DNA of 64,000 bases from Pseudonocardia sp. (lineage in GTDB: Bacteria; Actinomycetota; Actinomycetes; Mycobacteriales; Pseudonocardiaceae). Positions 9,357 to 19,174 of the stretch are shown one piece after another. The DNA lies in contig JBQTJE010000084.1 in assembly GCA_052387455.1 (NCBI GenBank), positions 11,879 through 75,878 of the forward strand. The letters run 5' to 3'. The stretch's first letter is position 1. Each line of letters begins with the position of its first letter. Both the position numbers and the translations under genes were made by a program. The notes beneath the pieces were generated by a model. The model did no database searches, had not been told where the DNA came from, and saw only the letters and a list, made by a program, of their open reading frames with translations.

Positions 9357-9796
9357 CCGGCGGGCGTCACCGGCCACCCGAGGACGACACCGGGGTCGCG
9401 ACGATCTGGGCGGTCGCGGCCGTCGCCGCGGTGCTGTCCGTCACGCTCGTCGGCCTCGACCTCGTGGGTGCGGTCGCGGCGCGCCACCGCGCCGAGGCCG
9501 CAGCCGACCTGGCGGCCCTCGCCGCCGCGGGCCTCGCCGTGCCCGGCGAGGAGCAGGCCTGCGCGCGGGCGCGCACGATCGCCGAGCGGATGGGCGGCGC
9601 CGTCGCGGCGTGTCGCCTCGCCGGCTGGGACGCCCTCGTGGAGGTGGAGGTCGCCACGACGTCGCGCCTCAACGTGGACGGCCCGGCGACCGGGCGGGCG
9701 CGAGCGGGGCCGGCACCGAGGCGGCCCGGCTCCCCGCCGCGTTCCGACGACCGGTCCCGGCGGCGGCCCCGGAGGCGGCACTGCCCGGGACCCGGC
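9353..9796 (+). CDS. TadE-like pseudopilin (Rv3654c family); no stop codon before the convergent helicase gene
   Basis: DDTG|VATIWA motif, RAEAAADLAALAAA and GRARAGP (ends 9712). The frame stays open to 13177, so the end shown is nominal. Confidence 0.8.
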
Positions 9797-12223
9797 CTAC
9801 GGCTGCGTCCCGAGCGCGGCCAGGACGACATCGAGCACCCGCACCGCGCCCTGCTTGTCCAGTGGCGCGTTGCCGTTGCCGCATTTCGGCGACTGCACGC
9901 ACGACGGGCAGCCCGTGGCGCACTCGCAGCCGGCGACGGCCGCCCGGGTCGCGGCGAGCCAGCGGGCGAGCACGGCGTGCCCCCGCTCGGCGAAGCCGGC
10001 GCCACCCGGCTGCCCGTCGTGGACGAACACCGTGGGCCGGCCGGTGTGCGGATGCAGCGCCGTGGACATCCCCCCGATGTCCCACCGGTCGCACGTCGCG
10101 AACAGCGGCAGCAACCCGATCGCGGCGTGCTCGGCCGCGTGCAGCGCGCCCGGCACCCGCGCCGCACCGACCCCGGCGGCGGCCAGCGCCTCCTCGGCCA
10201 GGTCATACCAGACGGCCCGGGTGTGCAGGGTCTGCCCGGGCAGCTCCAGCGGCACGGTCGCGAGCACCATGCCGTCCGGAGAGCGACGCTGGTAGGCCAC
10301 CACCCGGCTGCGCACGGTGACCTCGCCGAACGACACCCGCACCGGCCCGTGCTCGCGCGTCCGCAGCACGCGCACCACGTCCACGTCGGCGGTGGAGCGG
10401 GCCTGCGTGCGCCACTCGGGCTCGGCGGCCACGACCAGCGCGACGCCCGCGTCGAGGTCGAGGTCCTCCACCAGGTAGCTCTCGCCGCGGTGCAGGTGTA
10501 CCGCACCCTCGTGCACGGTCGCCGGCGCCGACGCAGCGTCCACGGTGCCGAGCATCCGCCCGGTCCCCGACTCCACCACGGCCACCTGCCCGAGCCCGGA
10601 TCCGCGGATGTCCACCGACCCCGCCGGACGCGCCCCCGTCGAGGGCCAGAACCACCCGGCCGGGCGTCGGCGCAGCACCCCGTCGGCCACCAGCTCGTCG
10701 AGCACCACCTCGGCGTCCGGGCCGCCGAAGAGGTCCGCGACGTCGGCCGGGGTCAGTGGCAGCTCGGCCGCGGCACACACCAGGTGCGGGGCGAGGACGT
10801 AGGGGTTGGCCGGGTCGAGCACGCACCCCTCCACGGGGGCACCCAGGAGCGCGTCGGGGTGGTGCACGAGGTAGGTGTCCAGCGGGTCGTCCCTGGCCAC
10901 CAGCACGACCAGCGCCTGTTCGCGGGCCCTCCCGGCGCGGCCGGCCTGCTGCCAGAACGACGCGCGCGTGCCCGGGAAGCCCCCGACGACCACGGCGTCG
11001 AGGCCCGCGACGTCCATGCCGAGTTCGAGAGCGTTGGTCGTGGCCACCCCGACGAGCTCGCCGGTGAGCAGCGCGACCTCGAGCGCCCGGCGGTCCTCGG
11101 GCAGGTAGCCGCCGCGGTAGGCGGCCACCCGCGACGCCAGCTCAGGAGCGACCTCGGCGAGCAGTCGCTGCGCCCCGAGCGCGGTGAGCTCGGCCGAGCG
11201 CCGCGACCGGACGAACGCCAGCGTGCGGGCGCCCTCGACGACGAGGTCGGCGAGCATCCGCGCGGCCTCGACGCCGGCCGGGCGGCGCACGGGGGCGCCG
11301 TTCTCGCCTGCCGATCCCGCCAGCAGCGGCGGTTCCCACAGCACCACGAACCGACCGGGGTCGGGCGAGCCGTCCACGACGACCTCCCGGACGGCGCGGC
11401 CGGTGAGCCGGGTCGCGAAGGCCCCGGCGTCGGCCACGGTCGCCGAGGCAAGCACGAGGGTCGGCGCGGAGCCGTAGCGGGCGCAGATCCGCAGGAGCCG
11501 TCGCAGCAGCAGCGCGACATGCGAGCCGAACATGCCCCGGTACCCGTGGCACTCGTCGACGACCACGTAGCGCAGCCTGCGGAGGAACCGGGCCCAGCGG
11601 GCGTGCCGCGGCAGCACCGACCGGTGCAGCATGTCGGGGTTGCTGAACACCCACCGGGCGTGCTGGCGCGCCCAGTCCCGGCCGTCCGCCGGCGTGTCGC
11701 CGTCCAGGGTGGTGGCCCGAACGTCGGGCAGGCCCAATCCTGTCACCGACCGGAGCTGGTCGGCTGCGAGCGCCTTCGTCGGCGCCAGGTAGAGGGCGGT
11801 GGCCTGCGGCTCCTCGACGAAGCGGGCGAGCACCGGAAGCTGGTAGGCCAGCGACTTCCCCGACGCCGTCCCCGTGGCGACGACGACGTCCACACCGGCC
11901 CGGGCGAGCTCGGCAGCCTCTACCTGGTGGCTCCACGGCGTGCCCAGGCCACGGGCGACGAAAGCCTCCCGCACGGGCCCCGGCACCCAGTCCGGCCAGG
12001 CCGCGGATTGCCCGGGGCGGGCCGGGATCGCGACGGCGTGGCGCAGCCCGCCGTCACCGTCCGCCCCGGCCAGCAGGCGGGCGAGCAACCGCTCCCCGCG
12101 GCCGGCCGCGACGGCCCGCACCTCGTCCACGAGCACCTCGTCCACGACCGCCGAGGTTGGCACACGGGCCGGCCCTGCTCCGGACCGGTGGCCACGCGCG
12201 GCCGAACCACCACGGGTGATCAC
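9797..12223 (-). CDS. DEAD/DEAH-box helicase with C-terminal DUF1998 (Rv3649/SftH family)
   Basis: ATGTASGKS, VVVDECH, ATTNALELGMD, QQAGRAGR and four-Cys CECATGCPSC..C. The true start may be up to about 80 nt downstream. Confidence 0.95.
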   Translation of the reverse strand: MITRGGSAARGHRSGAGPARVPTSAVVDEVLVDEVRAVAAGRGERLLARLLAGADGDGGLRHAVAIPARPGQSAAWPDWVPGPVREAFVARGLGTPWSHQVEAAELARAGVDVVVATGTASGKSLAYQLPVLARFVEEPQATALYLAPTKALAADQLRSVTGLGLPDVRATTLDGDTPADGRDWARQHARWVFSNPDMLHRSVLPRHARWARFLRRLRYVVVDECHGYRGMFGSHVALLLRRLLRICARYGSAPTLVLASATVADAGAFATRLTGRAVREVVVDGSPDPGRFVVLWEPPLLAGSAGENGAPVRRPAGVEAARMLADLVVEGARTLAFVRSRRSAELTALGAQRLLAEVAPELASRVAAYRGGYLPEDRRALEVALLTGELVGVATTNALELGMDVAGLDAVVVGGFPGTRASFWQQAGRAGRAREQALVVLVARDDPLDTYLVHHPDALLGAPVEGCVLDPANPYVLAPHLVCAAAELPLTPADVADLFGGPDAEVVLDELVADGVLRRRPAGWFWPSTGARPAGSVDIRGSGLGQVAVVESGTGRMLGTVDAASAPATVHEGAVHLHRGESYLVEDLDLDAGVALVVAAEPEWRTQARSTADVDVVRVLRTREHGPVRVSFGEVTVRSRVVAYQRRSPDGMVLATVPLELPGQTLHTRAVWYDLAEEALAAAGVGAARVPGALHAAEHAAIGLLPLFATCDRWDIGGMSTALHPHTGRPTVFVHDGQPGGAGFAERGHAVLARWLAATRAAVAGCECATGCPSCVQSPKCGNGNAPLDKQGAVRVLDVVLAALGTQP

Positions 12224-12356
12224 GCTGCGTTCACCGGCCGCCCGGGTTGCCCGTCCGGGGCGGCACGCCCGGGCAGAGTTCGTCGCGGAATCGTTACCGG
12301 CATCGCATCAAGCCTGGCATCGGTACTCCGCCGCAGTGCGACACCGGTCACACTCA

Positions 12357-12362
12357 TAGACT
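12357..12362 (+). promoter_or_regulatory. Candidate sigma-A -10 hexamer for hppA
   Basis: TAGACT in the helicase/hppA divergent gap; -35 not identified. Confidence 0.35.
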
Positions 12363-12476
12363 GCACCGGCCCGCACACCGCGCCTACCTGCGGCGACGGG
12401 CATTATCTTCGGCGCCAGGGCGGTCAACGGATCCTCCCTGGCGATGCTGATCGTTCCCATCGAACCAGGAGGACGG

Positions 12477-14789
12477 ATGCCCGCATCCACCCTCGCCCAG
12501 GGCCTCGAGCTCCAGGCGAACGACCAGGTCGTCGTCGGCGTGGTCGCGGTGGTCGCGCTCGCTGCCCTGGCCGTCGGCTACGTACTGCTACGGGAGGTGC
12601 TGGCCGCAGGCCAGGGCACCCCGAAGATGCAGGACATCGGCCGCGCGGTCCAGGAAGGCGCCGCGGCGTACCTCAACCGGCAGTTCCGCACGCTCGGCGT
12701 CTTCGTCGTCATCGTGTTCGTGCTGCTCTTCGCACTCCCCGCCGAGGACCTGGCGGAGAAGATCGGTCGCTCGATCTTCTTCGTCGTCGGCGCGGTGTTC
12801 TCGGCGACCATCGGCTACCTGGGGATGTGGCTGGCCACGCGCGCCAACATCCGGGTCGCCTCCGCGGCCCGCGAGGTCGGCGGCCGGGAGAAGGCCACCC
12901 GGATCGCGTTCCGCACCGGCGGCGTCGTCGGCATGTTCACCGTCGGCCTGGGCCTGTTCGGCGCCGCGCTGGTCGTGCTCGTCTACGCCGGCCAGGCGCC
13001 CAAGGTGCTGGAGGGCTTCGGGTTCGGCGCGGCACTGCTCGCGATGTTCATGCGTGTCGGCGGCGGCATCTTCACCAAGGCCGCCGACGTGGGCGCCGAC
13101 CTGGTCGGCAAGGTCGAGCAGGGCATCCCCGAGGACGACCCGCGCAACGCGGCGACCATCGCCGACAACGTCGGTGACAACGTCGGCGACTGCGCCGGCA
13201 TGGCCGCGGACCTGTTCGAGTCCTACGCCGTCATGCTCGTCGCCGCGCTGATCCTCGGCACCGCGGCGTTCGGCCTGCAGGGCCTGCTGTTCCCGCTCAT
13301 CGTGCCCGCCATCGGCGTGCTCACCGCGGTGATCGGCGTCTACATCACGAAGGCCCGCGAGGGCGAGGGTGGCCTCAAGGCGATCAACCGCAGCTTCTAC
13401 ATCTCCGCGATGATCTCGGCGGTGCTGTGCGTCGTGGCCGCCTACGTCTACCTGCCCGCCACCTTCGGCGAGCTGAGCAACCCCACCGACGCGACGGTCG
13501 TGGCCGACATGGCCGCCACCGACCCGCGCCTGCTCGCCTCGTCGGCAGTGATCATCGGCATCGTGCTGGCCGGGATCATCCTGTGGCTCACCGGCTACTT
13601 CACCGGCACCGAGCACAAGCCGGTCAAGGACGTCGGCGAGTCCTCGCGCACCGGCGCGGCGACGGTGATCCTCTCGGGCATCTCGATCGGCTTCGAGTCG
13701 GCCGTCTACACCGCGCTGGTCATCTCGGCCGCGGTGTTCGGCGCGTTCACCCTCGCCACGGGCTCGATCACGGTTGCGCTGTTCGCGGTGGCACTGGCCG
13801 GCACCGGCCTGCTCACCACCGTGGGCGTCATCGTGGCGATGGACACCTTCGGCCCGGTCTCCGACAACGCGCAGGGCATCGCGGAGATGTCCGGCGACGT
13901 CGAGGGCGACGGGGTGCTGATCCTCACCGAGCTCGACGCGGTGGGCAACACCACCAAGGCGATCACGAAGGGCATCGCGATCGCCACGGCCGTGCTCGCG
14001 GCGACGGCGCTGTTCGGCTCCTACCGCGACGCGATCACCCAGGCGCTGGCCAAGGCCGGGGCCGGCGCCCAGGACCTCGGCACCGCCTTCGCCTACGAGG
14101 TGTTCGCCCCGAACACGCTCGTCGGCGTGATCATCGGCGCGTCGGTGGTGTTCATGTTCTCCGGTCTGGCGATCAACGCCGTCACCCGGGCCGCGGGCGC
14201 CATCGTGTTCGAGGTGCGCCGCCAGTTCCGGGACAACCCCGGGATCATGGACTACACGGTGCGCCCGGACTACAGCCGCGTCGTGGACATCTGCACCCGC
14301 GACTCGCTGCGCGAGCTGGCCACCCCGGGCCTGCTGGCGATCCTCGCGCCGATCGCGGTCGGCTTCGGCCTCGGCGTCGGGCCGCTGGCCGGCTACCTCG
14401 CCGGCGCCATCGCCACCGGCACCCTGATGGCGATCTTCCTCGCCAACTCCGGCGGCGCGTGGGACAACGGCAAGAAGCTCATCGAGGACGGCAACCACGG
14501 CGGCAAGGGCTCGCCCGCGCACGAGGCCACGATCATCGGTGACACCGTCGGCGACCCGTTCAAGGACACCGCGGGCCCGGCGATCAACCCGCTGATCAAG
14601 GTGATGAACCTGGTGTCGGTGCTCATCGCACCGGCCATCGTCACCCTCTCGGTGGGCGACGGCGCCTCCACCGCGGTGCGCATCGCCATCGCGCTGGCCG
14701 CGACGGCGATCATCGTCGGCGCGGTCGTGGTGGCCAAGCGGCGCTCCACGTCGATCAGCGACGCACCGGCCGAGAACAAGGTCGGCTAG
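12477..14789 (+). CDS. hppA: Membrane-bound proton-translocating pyrophosphatase, K+-independent type
   Basis: DVGADLVGKVE, DNVGDNVGD and GDTVGDPFKDT motifs; GNTTKA has Lys at the K+-dependence determinant; GGAGG RBS before ATG 12477. Confidence 0.96.
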   Translation: MPASTLAQGLELQANDQVVVGVVAVVALAALAVGYVLLREVLAAGQGTPKMQDIGRAVQEGAAAYLNRQFRTLGVFVVIVFVLLFALPAEDLAEKIGRSIFFVVGAVFSATIGYLGMWLATRANIRVASAAREVGGREKATRIAFRTGGVVGMFTVGLGLFGAALVVLVYAGQAPKVLEGFGFGAALLAMFMRVGGGIFTKAADVGADLVGKVEQGIPEDDPRNAATIADNVGDNVGDCAGMAADLFESYAVMLVAALILGTAAFGLQGLLFPLIVPAIGVLTAVIGVYITKAREGEGGLKAINRSFYISAMISAVLCVVAAYVYLPATFGELSNPTDATVVADMAATDPRLLASSAVIIGIVLAGIILWLTGYFTGTEHKPVKDVGESSRTGAATVILSGISIGFESAVYTALVISAAVFGAFTLATGSITVALFAVALAGTGLLTTVGVIVAMDTFGPVSDNAQGIAEMSGDVEGDGVLILTELDAVGNTTKAITKGIAIATAVLAATALFGSYRDAITQALAKAGAGAQDLGTAFAYEVFAPNTLVGVIIGASVVFMFSGLAINAVTRAAGAIVFEVRRQFRDNPGIMDYTVRPDYSRVVDICTRDSLRELATPGLLAILAPIAVGFGLGVGPLAGYLAGAIATGTLMAIFLANSGGAWDNGKKLIEDGNHGGKGSPAHEATIIGDTVGDPFKDTAGPAINPLIKVMNLVSVLIAPAIVTLSVGDGASTAVRIAIALAATAIIVGAVVVAKRRSTSISDAPAENKVG

Positions 14790-14838
14790 CACCGCCCGCT
14801 CCGCGGGGCACCCCCCGCAGCACCCTGCACGGATCGAA

Positions 14839-14879
14839 CCGACGGCCGCCCGACCCCCACCGGGACGGGCGGCCGTCGG
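14839..14879 (+). terminator. Hairpin terminator after hppA
   Basis: 14-bp perfect stem CCGACGGCCGCCCG / CGGGCGGCCGTCGG with a 13-nt loop. Confidence 0.7.
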
Positions 14880-14904
14880 CATCCGGCGCGCCGATCACAG
14901 CACG

Positions 14905-14920
14905 TCGAACGCGTGTTCTA
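14905..14920. promoter_or_regulatory. LexA (SOS) box-like site
   Basis: TCGAAC-GCGT-GTTCTA, one mismatch to the actinobacterial TCGAAC-N4-GTTCGA consensus, 10 nt before the GTG at 14931. Confidence 0.6.
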
Positions 14921-14930
14921 TCTTGCGCAC

Positions 14931-15524
14931 GTGTCACAGATGTCCCTGTTCTCCGCCGAGACCGCCACGGCGGGCCTGGCCGATCTCGCCGGCCTGCTGT
15001 GTGGGCCGGGCCAGATCGTGCGCGTCGGCGCGGGGGACACCGCCCGGCTGAGCATCGTGCTCAGCGACCCTGACCGCGCCCCCGCCGCCGTCGAGGCCGG
15101 CCGCGCGGCAGGTGTCGAGTTCGTGGCAGTCACCACCGAGTCCGGGACCGTGGCCGTGCGTACCGCCTTCCGCTGCGACCTCGTCGATCTCGCACACCGC
15201 TGGACCCGCGGCGCCACCAAGTCGGTGCCCACCGGTGTGCAGCTCGACGGCGCGATGTTGCGGTTCTGGGCGCTGGGCGCGGGCCATCCGGACGAGCGCG
15301 GCGGCTACCTGCTCGGGCTGGACCCGCACGCCCCGCAGACCCATCTCCCGCTCGTCGCGGCGCTGACCCGGCTCGGCCTGCCGCCCGCGCGGGTGGGCCG
15401 CGGCGTCGCGCTCCGGGTGAGCGGTGCGCGGCGGATGCAGCGACTGGTGGAGCTCGTCGGGCCGCCGCCGCGGGGTCTCGCACCCGACCGGTGGCCGCGC
15501 TACTGGGGGCGGATCGCCCGGTGA
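14931..15524 (+). CDS. Conserved actinobacterial protein, Rv3647c family
   Basis: Starts MSQMSLFSAE...DLAGLLCGPGQIV, resembling the Rv3647c N-terminus; directly upstream of topA as in mycobacteria. Confidence 0.8.
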   Translation: MSQMSLFSAETATAGLADLAGLLCGPGQIVRVGAGDTARLSIVLSDPDRAPAAVEAGRAAGVEFVAVTTESGTVAVRTAFRCDLVDLAHRWTRGATKSVPTGVQLDGAMLRFWALGAGHPDERGGYLLGLDPHAPQTHLPLVAALTRLGLPPARVGRGVALRVSGARRMQRLVELVGPPPRGLAPDRWPRYWGRIAR

Positions 15525-15735
15525 GCAGCACGCCCGCGAGGTGGCCCGGCCCGCAGGACGGCGTTGACACGGTGGTTACGCTGCCGCTCGGCCCGCGTCG
15601 CAACGCGCCGTGTCCGTACCGTGACGGATGCGATGCGACGCGAGGCTGTGCGACCGTAGGGAGTGTCTGCCCGCGGCACAAGGCCCGGCGCAGCGCCCGG
15701 GGCATGATCAACACCCACGATGGAGTAGGACTCAG

Positions 15736-18594
15736 GTGGCAACCCGAACGACGACCCAGACCGACCCCGACGGCGCCGTGACCGGCGCGCGGAAGGCCGG
15801 TGGCAGCCGTCGCGCCACCCCACCGGCAGCGACCGCGACCGGACGCCCGACGCGCCGGTTGGTGATCGTCGAGTCGCCCACGAAGGCCCGCAAGATCGCC
15901 CCGTACCTGGGCGCGGGCTACGTCGTCGAGTCCTCCGTCGGCCACATCCGCGATCTCCCGCGTGGTGCGGCCGACGTGCCCGCCAAGTACAAGGGCGAGT
16001 CCTGGGCCCGCCTGGGCGTCGACGTGGACAACGCGTTCGCGCCGCTCTATGTCATCACCCCGGAGAAGAAGGGCAAGGTCGCCGAGCTGCGCGACGCGCT
16101 CAAGTCCGTGGACGAGCTGCTGCTCGCGACGGACCCCGACCGCGAGGGCGAGGCCATCGCCTGGCACCTGCTCGACACGCTCAAGCCGAAGGTCCCGGTC
16201 CGCCGGATGGTCTTCCACGAGATCACCGAGGGCGCCATCCGCGCGGCCGCGGAGAACCTGCGCGACCTGGACCAGGACCTCGTCGACGCCCAGGAGACCC
16301 GCCGCATCCTCGACCGGCTCTACGGCTACGAGGTCTCCCCGGTGCTGTGGAAGAAGGTCATGCCGAGGCTGTCGGCGGGCCGGGTGCAGTCGGTGGCGAC
16401 GCGGATCATCGTGCAACGCGAGCGGGAGCGGATGGCGTTCGTCGCCGCGTCCTACTGGGACATCGCGGCCACGCTCGACGCCGGCCCGGACGCGACCCCG
16501 CGCACCTTCGCCTCGCGCCTCGTGAGCGTCGACGGCACCAGGGTCGCCACCGGCCGCGACTTCGGCCCCGACGGCAGGCTGAAGAGCGCGTCGGCCGAGC
16601 CGGGCGCGGTCCGGGCACTGGACGAGCCGAGCGCGCGCCGCCTGGCGCAGGCGCTGGAGAACCGGGAACTGGCCGTCGCGTCGGTGGAGTCCAAGCCGTA
16701 CACGCGCAAGCCGTACGCACCGTTCATGACCTCCACGTTGCAGCAGGAGGCGGGCCGCAAGCTGCGCTTCACCTCCGAACGCACGATGCGCAGCGCGCAG
16801 CGGCTCTACGAGAACGGCCACATCACCTACATGCGCACCGACTCGACGACGCTGTCGGCGACCGCGATCGAGGCGGCCCGCGCCCAGGCCCGCGAGTTGT
16901 ACGGCGACGCGTACGTCTCGCCGAGCCCGCGGCAGTACACGCGGAAGGTCAAGAACGCGCAGGAGGCGCACGAGGCGATCCGGCCATCGGGTGAGACGTT
17001 CCGCACACCCGGCGAGATCGCCCGCGAGGTGGACGGCGACGACTTCCGCCTCTACGAGCTGATCTGGCAGCGCACGGTGGCCTCGCAGATGGCCGACGCG
17101 CGCGGCACCACGATGAGCGTGCGGATCACCGGTACTGCCGCCACCGGCGAGGAGGTCACGTTCGCCTCGTCCGGGCGCACGATCACGTTCGCCGGGTTCC
17201 TCAAGGCCTACGTCGAGACCGTCGACGACCAGGCCGGTGGCGAGGCCGACGACGCCGAGTCGCGCCTGCCGCAGCTCACCCGGGGCCAGTCGCTCACCGC
17301 CGCCGAGCTGCGCCCGGACGGGCACGCCACCAAGCCGCCCGCGCGGTTCACCGAGCCGAGCCTGATCAGCGCGCTGGAGGAGCTGGGGATCGGGCGCCCG
17401 TCCACCTACACGTCGATCATCAAGACGATCCAGGACCGCGGCTACGTGTGGAAGCGCGGCAGCGCGCTGGTGCCGTCGTGGGTGGCGTTCGCCGTGGTGG
17501 GGCTGCTGGAGGCGCACTTCGGGCGGCTCGTCGACTACAACTTCACCGCCGCCATGGAGGACGAGCTCGACTCGATCGCCGCGGGCGACCAGGCGCGCAC
17601 GGCGTGGCTGTCGGGCTTCTACTTCGGCGCCGACCAGGGCAGCGCCGGCTCGGTGGCCCGTTCCGGCGGGCTGAAGAAGCTCGTGGGCGTCAACCTGGAG
17701 GAGATCGACGCCCGGGAGATCAACTCGATCCGGTTGTTCGACGACGCGCAGGGCCGCCCGGTGGTCGTGCGGGTGGGGCGCTACGGGCCGTACCTCGAGC
17801 GGATCGTCGACGAGGCGTCGCAGCGCGCGAACCTGCCCGAGGACCTGCCGCCCGACGAGCTCACCGCCGACATCGCCGAGGACCTGTTCTCGACGCCGCA
17901 GGAGGGGCGCTCGCTGGGCACCGACCCGGTGACCGGCCACGAGATCGTGGTGAAGGACGGGCGCTACGGGCCCTACGTCACCGAGATCCTCCCGGAGCCG
18001 CCGGCGCCCCCGGCGACGAACGGCACGAAGAAGAAGGCCCCCGCCAAGGCCAAGCCGCGGACGGGCTCGCTGTTCAAGACGATGGCCCTGGACACCGTCA
18101 CGCTCGACGACGCGCTGCGGTTGCTGTCGCTGCCCCGCCTCGTCGGCACCGACCCGGCCGACGGCGTGGAGATCACCGCGCAGAACGGCCGCTACGGCCC
18201 GTACCTGCGCAAGGGCACGGACTCGCGCTCGCTGACCGACGAGGAGCAACTGTTCACCGTCGACCTCGACGAGGCGCTCGCAATCTACGCCCAGCCCAAG
18301 CAGCGCGGCCGGCAGTCCGCGGCGGCCACGCCACCGCTGCGCGAGCTGGGTGCGGACCCGTCCACGCAGAAGCCGATGGTGATCAAGGACGGCCGGTTCG
18401 GGCCGTACGTCACCGACGGCGAGACCAACGCGTCGCTGCGCAAGGGCGACGCCGTCGAAACGATCACCGACGAGCGCGCGTCGGAACTGCTGGCCGATCG
18501 CCGGGCCCGCGGTCCGGCCCCGAAGAAGCCGGCCCCGCGGAAGCCGGCCGCGAAGAAGGCGCCGGCGCGGAAGAAGGCGCCCGCCACCAAGTAA
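15736..18594 (+). CDS. topA: DNA topoisomerase I (type IA) with actinobacterial C-terminal repeats and Lys-rich tail
   Basis: LVIVESPTKA, ATDPDREGEAI, SAGRVQS, catalytic ITYMRTD, GRYGPY repeats and KKPAPRKPAAKK tail. Confidence 0.98.
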   Translation: MATRTTTQTDPDGAVTGARKAGGSRRATPPAATATGRPTRRLVIVESPTKARKIAPYLGAGYVVESSVGHIRDLPRGAADVPAKYKGESWARLGVDVDNAFAPLYVITPEKKGKVAELRDALKSVDELLLATDPDREGEAIAWHLLDTLKPKVPVRRMVFHEITEGAIRAAAENLRDLDQDLVDAQETRRILDRLYGYEVSPVLWKKVMPRLSAGRVQSVATRIIVQRERERMAFVAASYWDIAATLDAGPDATPRTFASRLVSVDGTRVATGRDFGPDGRLKSASAEPGAVRALDEPSARRLAQALENRELAVASVESKPYTRKPYAPFMTSTLQQEAGRKLRFTSERTMRSAQRLYENGHITYMRTDSTTLSATAIEAARAQARELYGDAYVSPSPRQYTRKVKNAQEAHEAIRPSGETFRTPGEIAREVDGDDFRLYELIWQRTVASQMADARGTTMSVRITGTAATGEEVTFASSGRTITFAGFLKAYVETVDDQAGGEADDAESRLPQLTRGQSLTAAELRPDGHATKPPARFTEPSLISALEELGIGRPSTYTSIIKTIQDRGYVWKRGSALVPSWVAFAVVGLLEAHFGRLVDYNFTAAMEDELDSIAAGDQARTAWLSGFYFGADQGSAGSVARSGGLKKLVGVNLEEIDAREINSIRLFDDAQGRPVVVRVGRYGPYLERIVDEASQRANLPEDLPPDELTADIAEDLFSTPQEGRSLGTDPVTGHEIVVKDGRYGPYVTEILPEPPAPPATNGTKKKAPAKAKPRTGSLFKTMALDTVTLDDALRLLSLPRLVGTDPADGVEITAQNGRYGPYLRKGTDSRSLTDEEQLFTVDLDEALAIYAQPKQRGRQSAAATPPLRELGADPSTQKPMVIKDGRFGPYVTDGETNASLRKGDAVETITDERASELLADRRARGPAPKKPAPRKPAAKKAPARKKAPATK

Positions 18595-18688
18595 CACCCG
18601 ATCGGGCGATCAGTTCTCGTTCCAGACCTCGGAGCGGCGCCCCGATCTAGCGTCGGAGGCGTCTTGATCACTGCCGCGGAGCCCCGAG

Positions 18689-19174
18689 ATGCGAAGATCC
18701 CTCGTGATGGCTGACCACCGCCGTCGCGTTCGTCTCCCTGCCCGCGACCCCGGCCTTCGCCACGGTCCGCGGCGCGAGCGAGTGCCTGAACACCTTCGAC
18801 AACGACCCCTCAACCGCTACTACAGCGAGAAATGGGATAGCGACGAGGTCGCGACGGCAACGACCCGGGATGGCACCACGCTGACACTGCGGTGCGGTAA
18901 CGAGCTATACGGCGTGATTCACACGGCCCACCGGGAAAGCACCGGCACCGGTCATCCGATCGAACGCGACGGCTCCGAGAACGCGAGCTTCACAACCTGC
19001 TTCCGGCGCACCATCAGCGAAGGAACGACCGGGCCGGACGGCGACCGGCTTCTCGCTGTTCGTCACTATGGTCATTCGGGCGCACGCAGCTACGTCCGGT
19101 ACGGCCGCGATGGCACCGTGTACTCGGTCTACACGTCTGCGCCCAGCAACGAGTGGGCGGGGTGTGCGCGATGA
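18689..19174 (+). CDS. Putative secreted Cys-containing protein whose signal peptide is scrambled by two compensating frameshifts
   Basis: Frame +1 over 18711-18809 reads LTTAVAFVSLPATPAFA-TVRGASECLNTFDNDP (signal peptide, AFA site). The main frame resumes LNRYYSEKW...LRCGNELYGVIH...WAGCAR. Confidence 0.6.
   Translation: MRRSLVMADHRRRVRLPARDPGLRHGPRRERVPEHLRQRPLNRYYSEKWDSDEVATATTRDGTTLTLRCGNELYGVIHTAHRESTGTGHPIERDGSENASFTTCFRRTISEGTTGPDGDRLLAVRHYGHSGARSYVRYGRDGTVYSVYTSAPSNEWAGCAR

Noticed and set aside
4909-9796. ssd-tad operon as a novel system
   Set aside because: Well-known conserved actinobacterial Rv3654c-Rv3660c locus.
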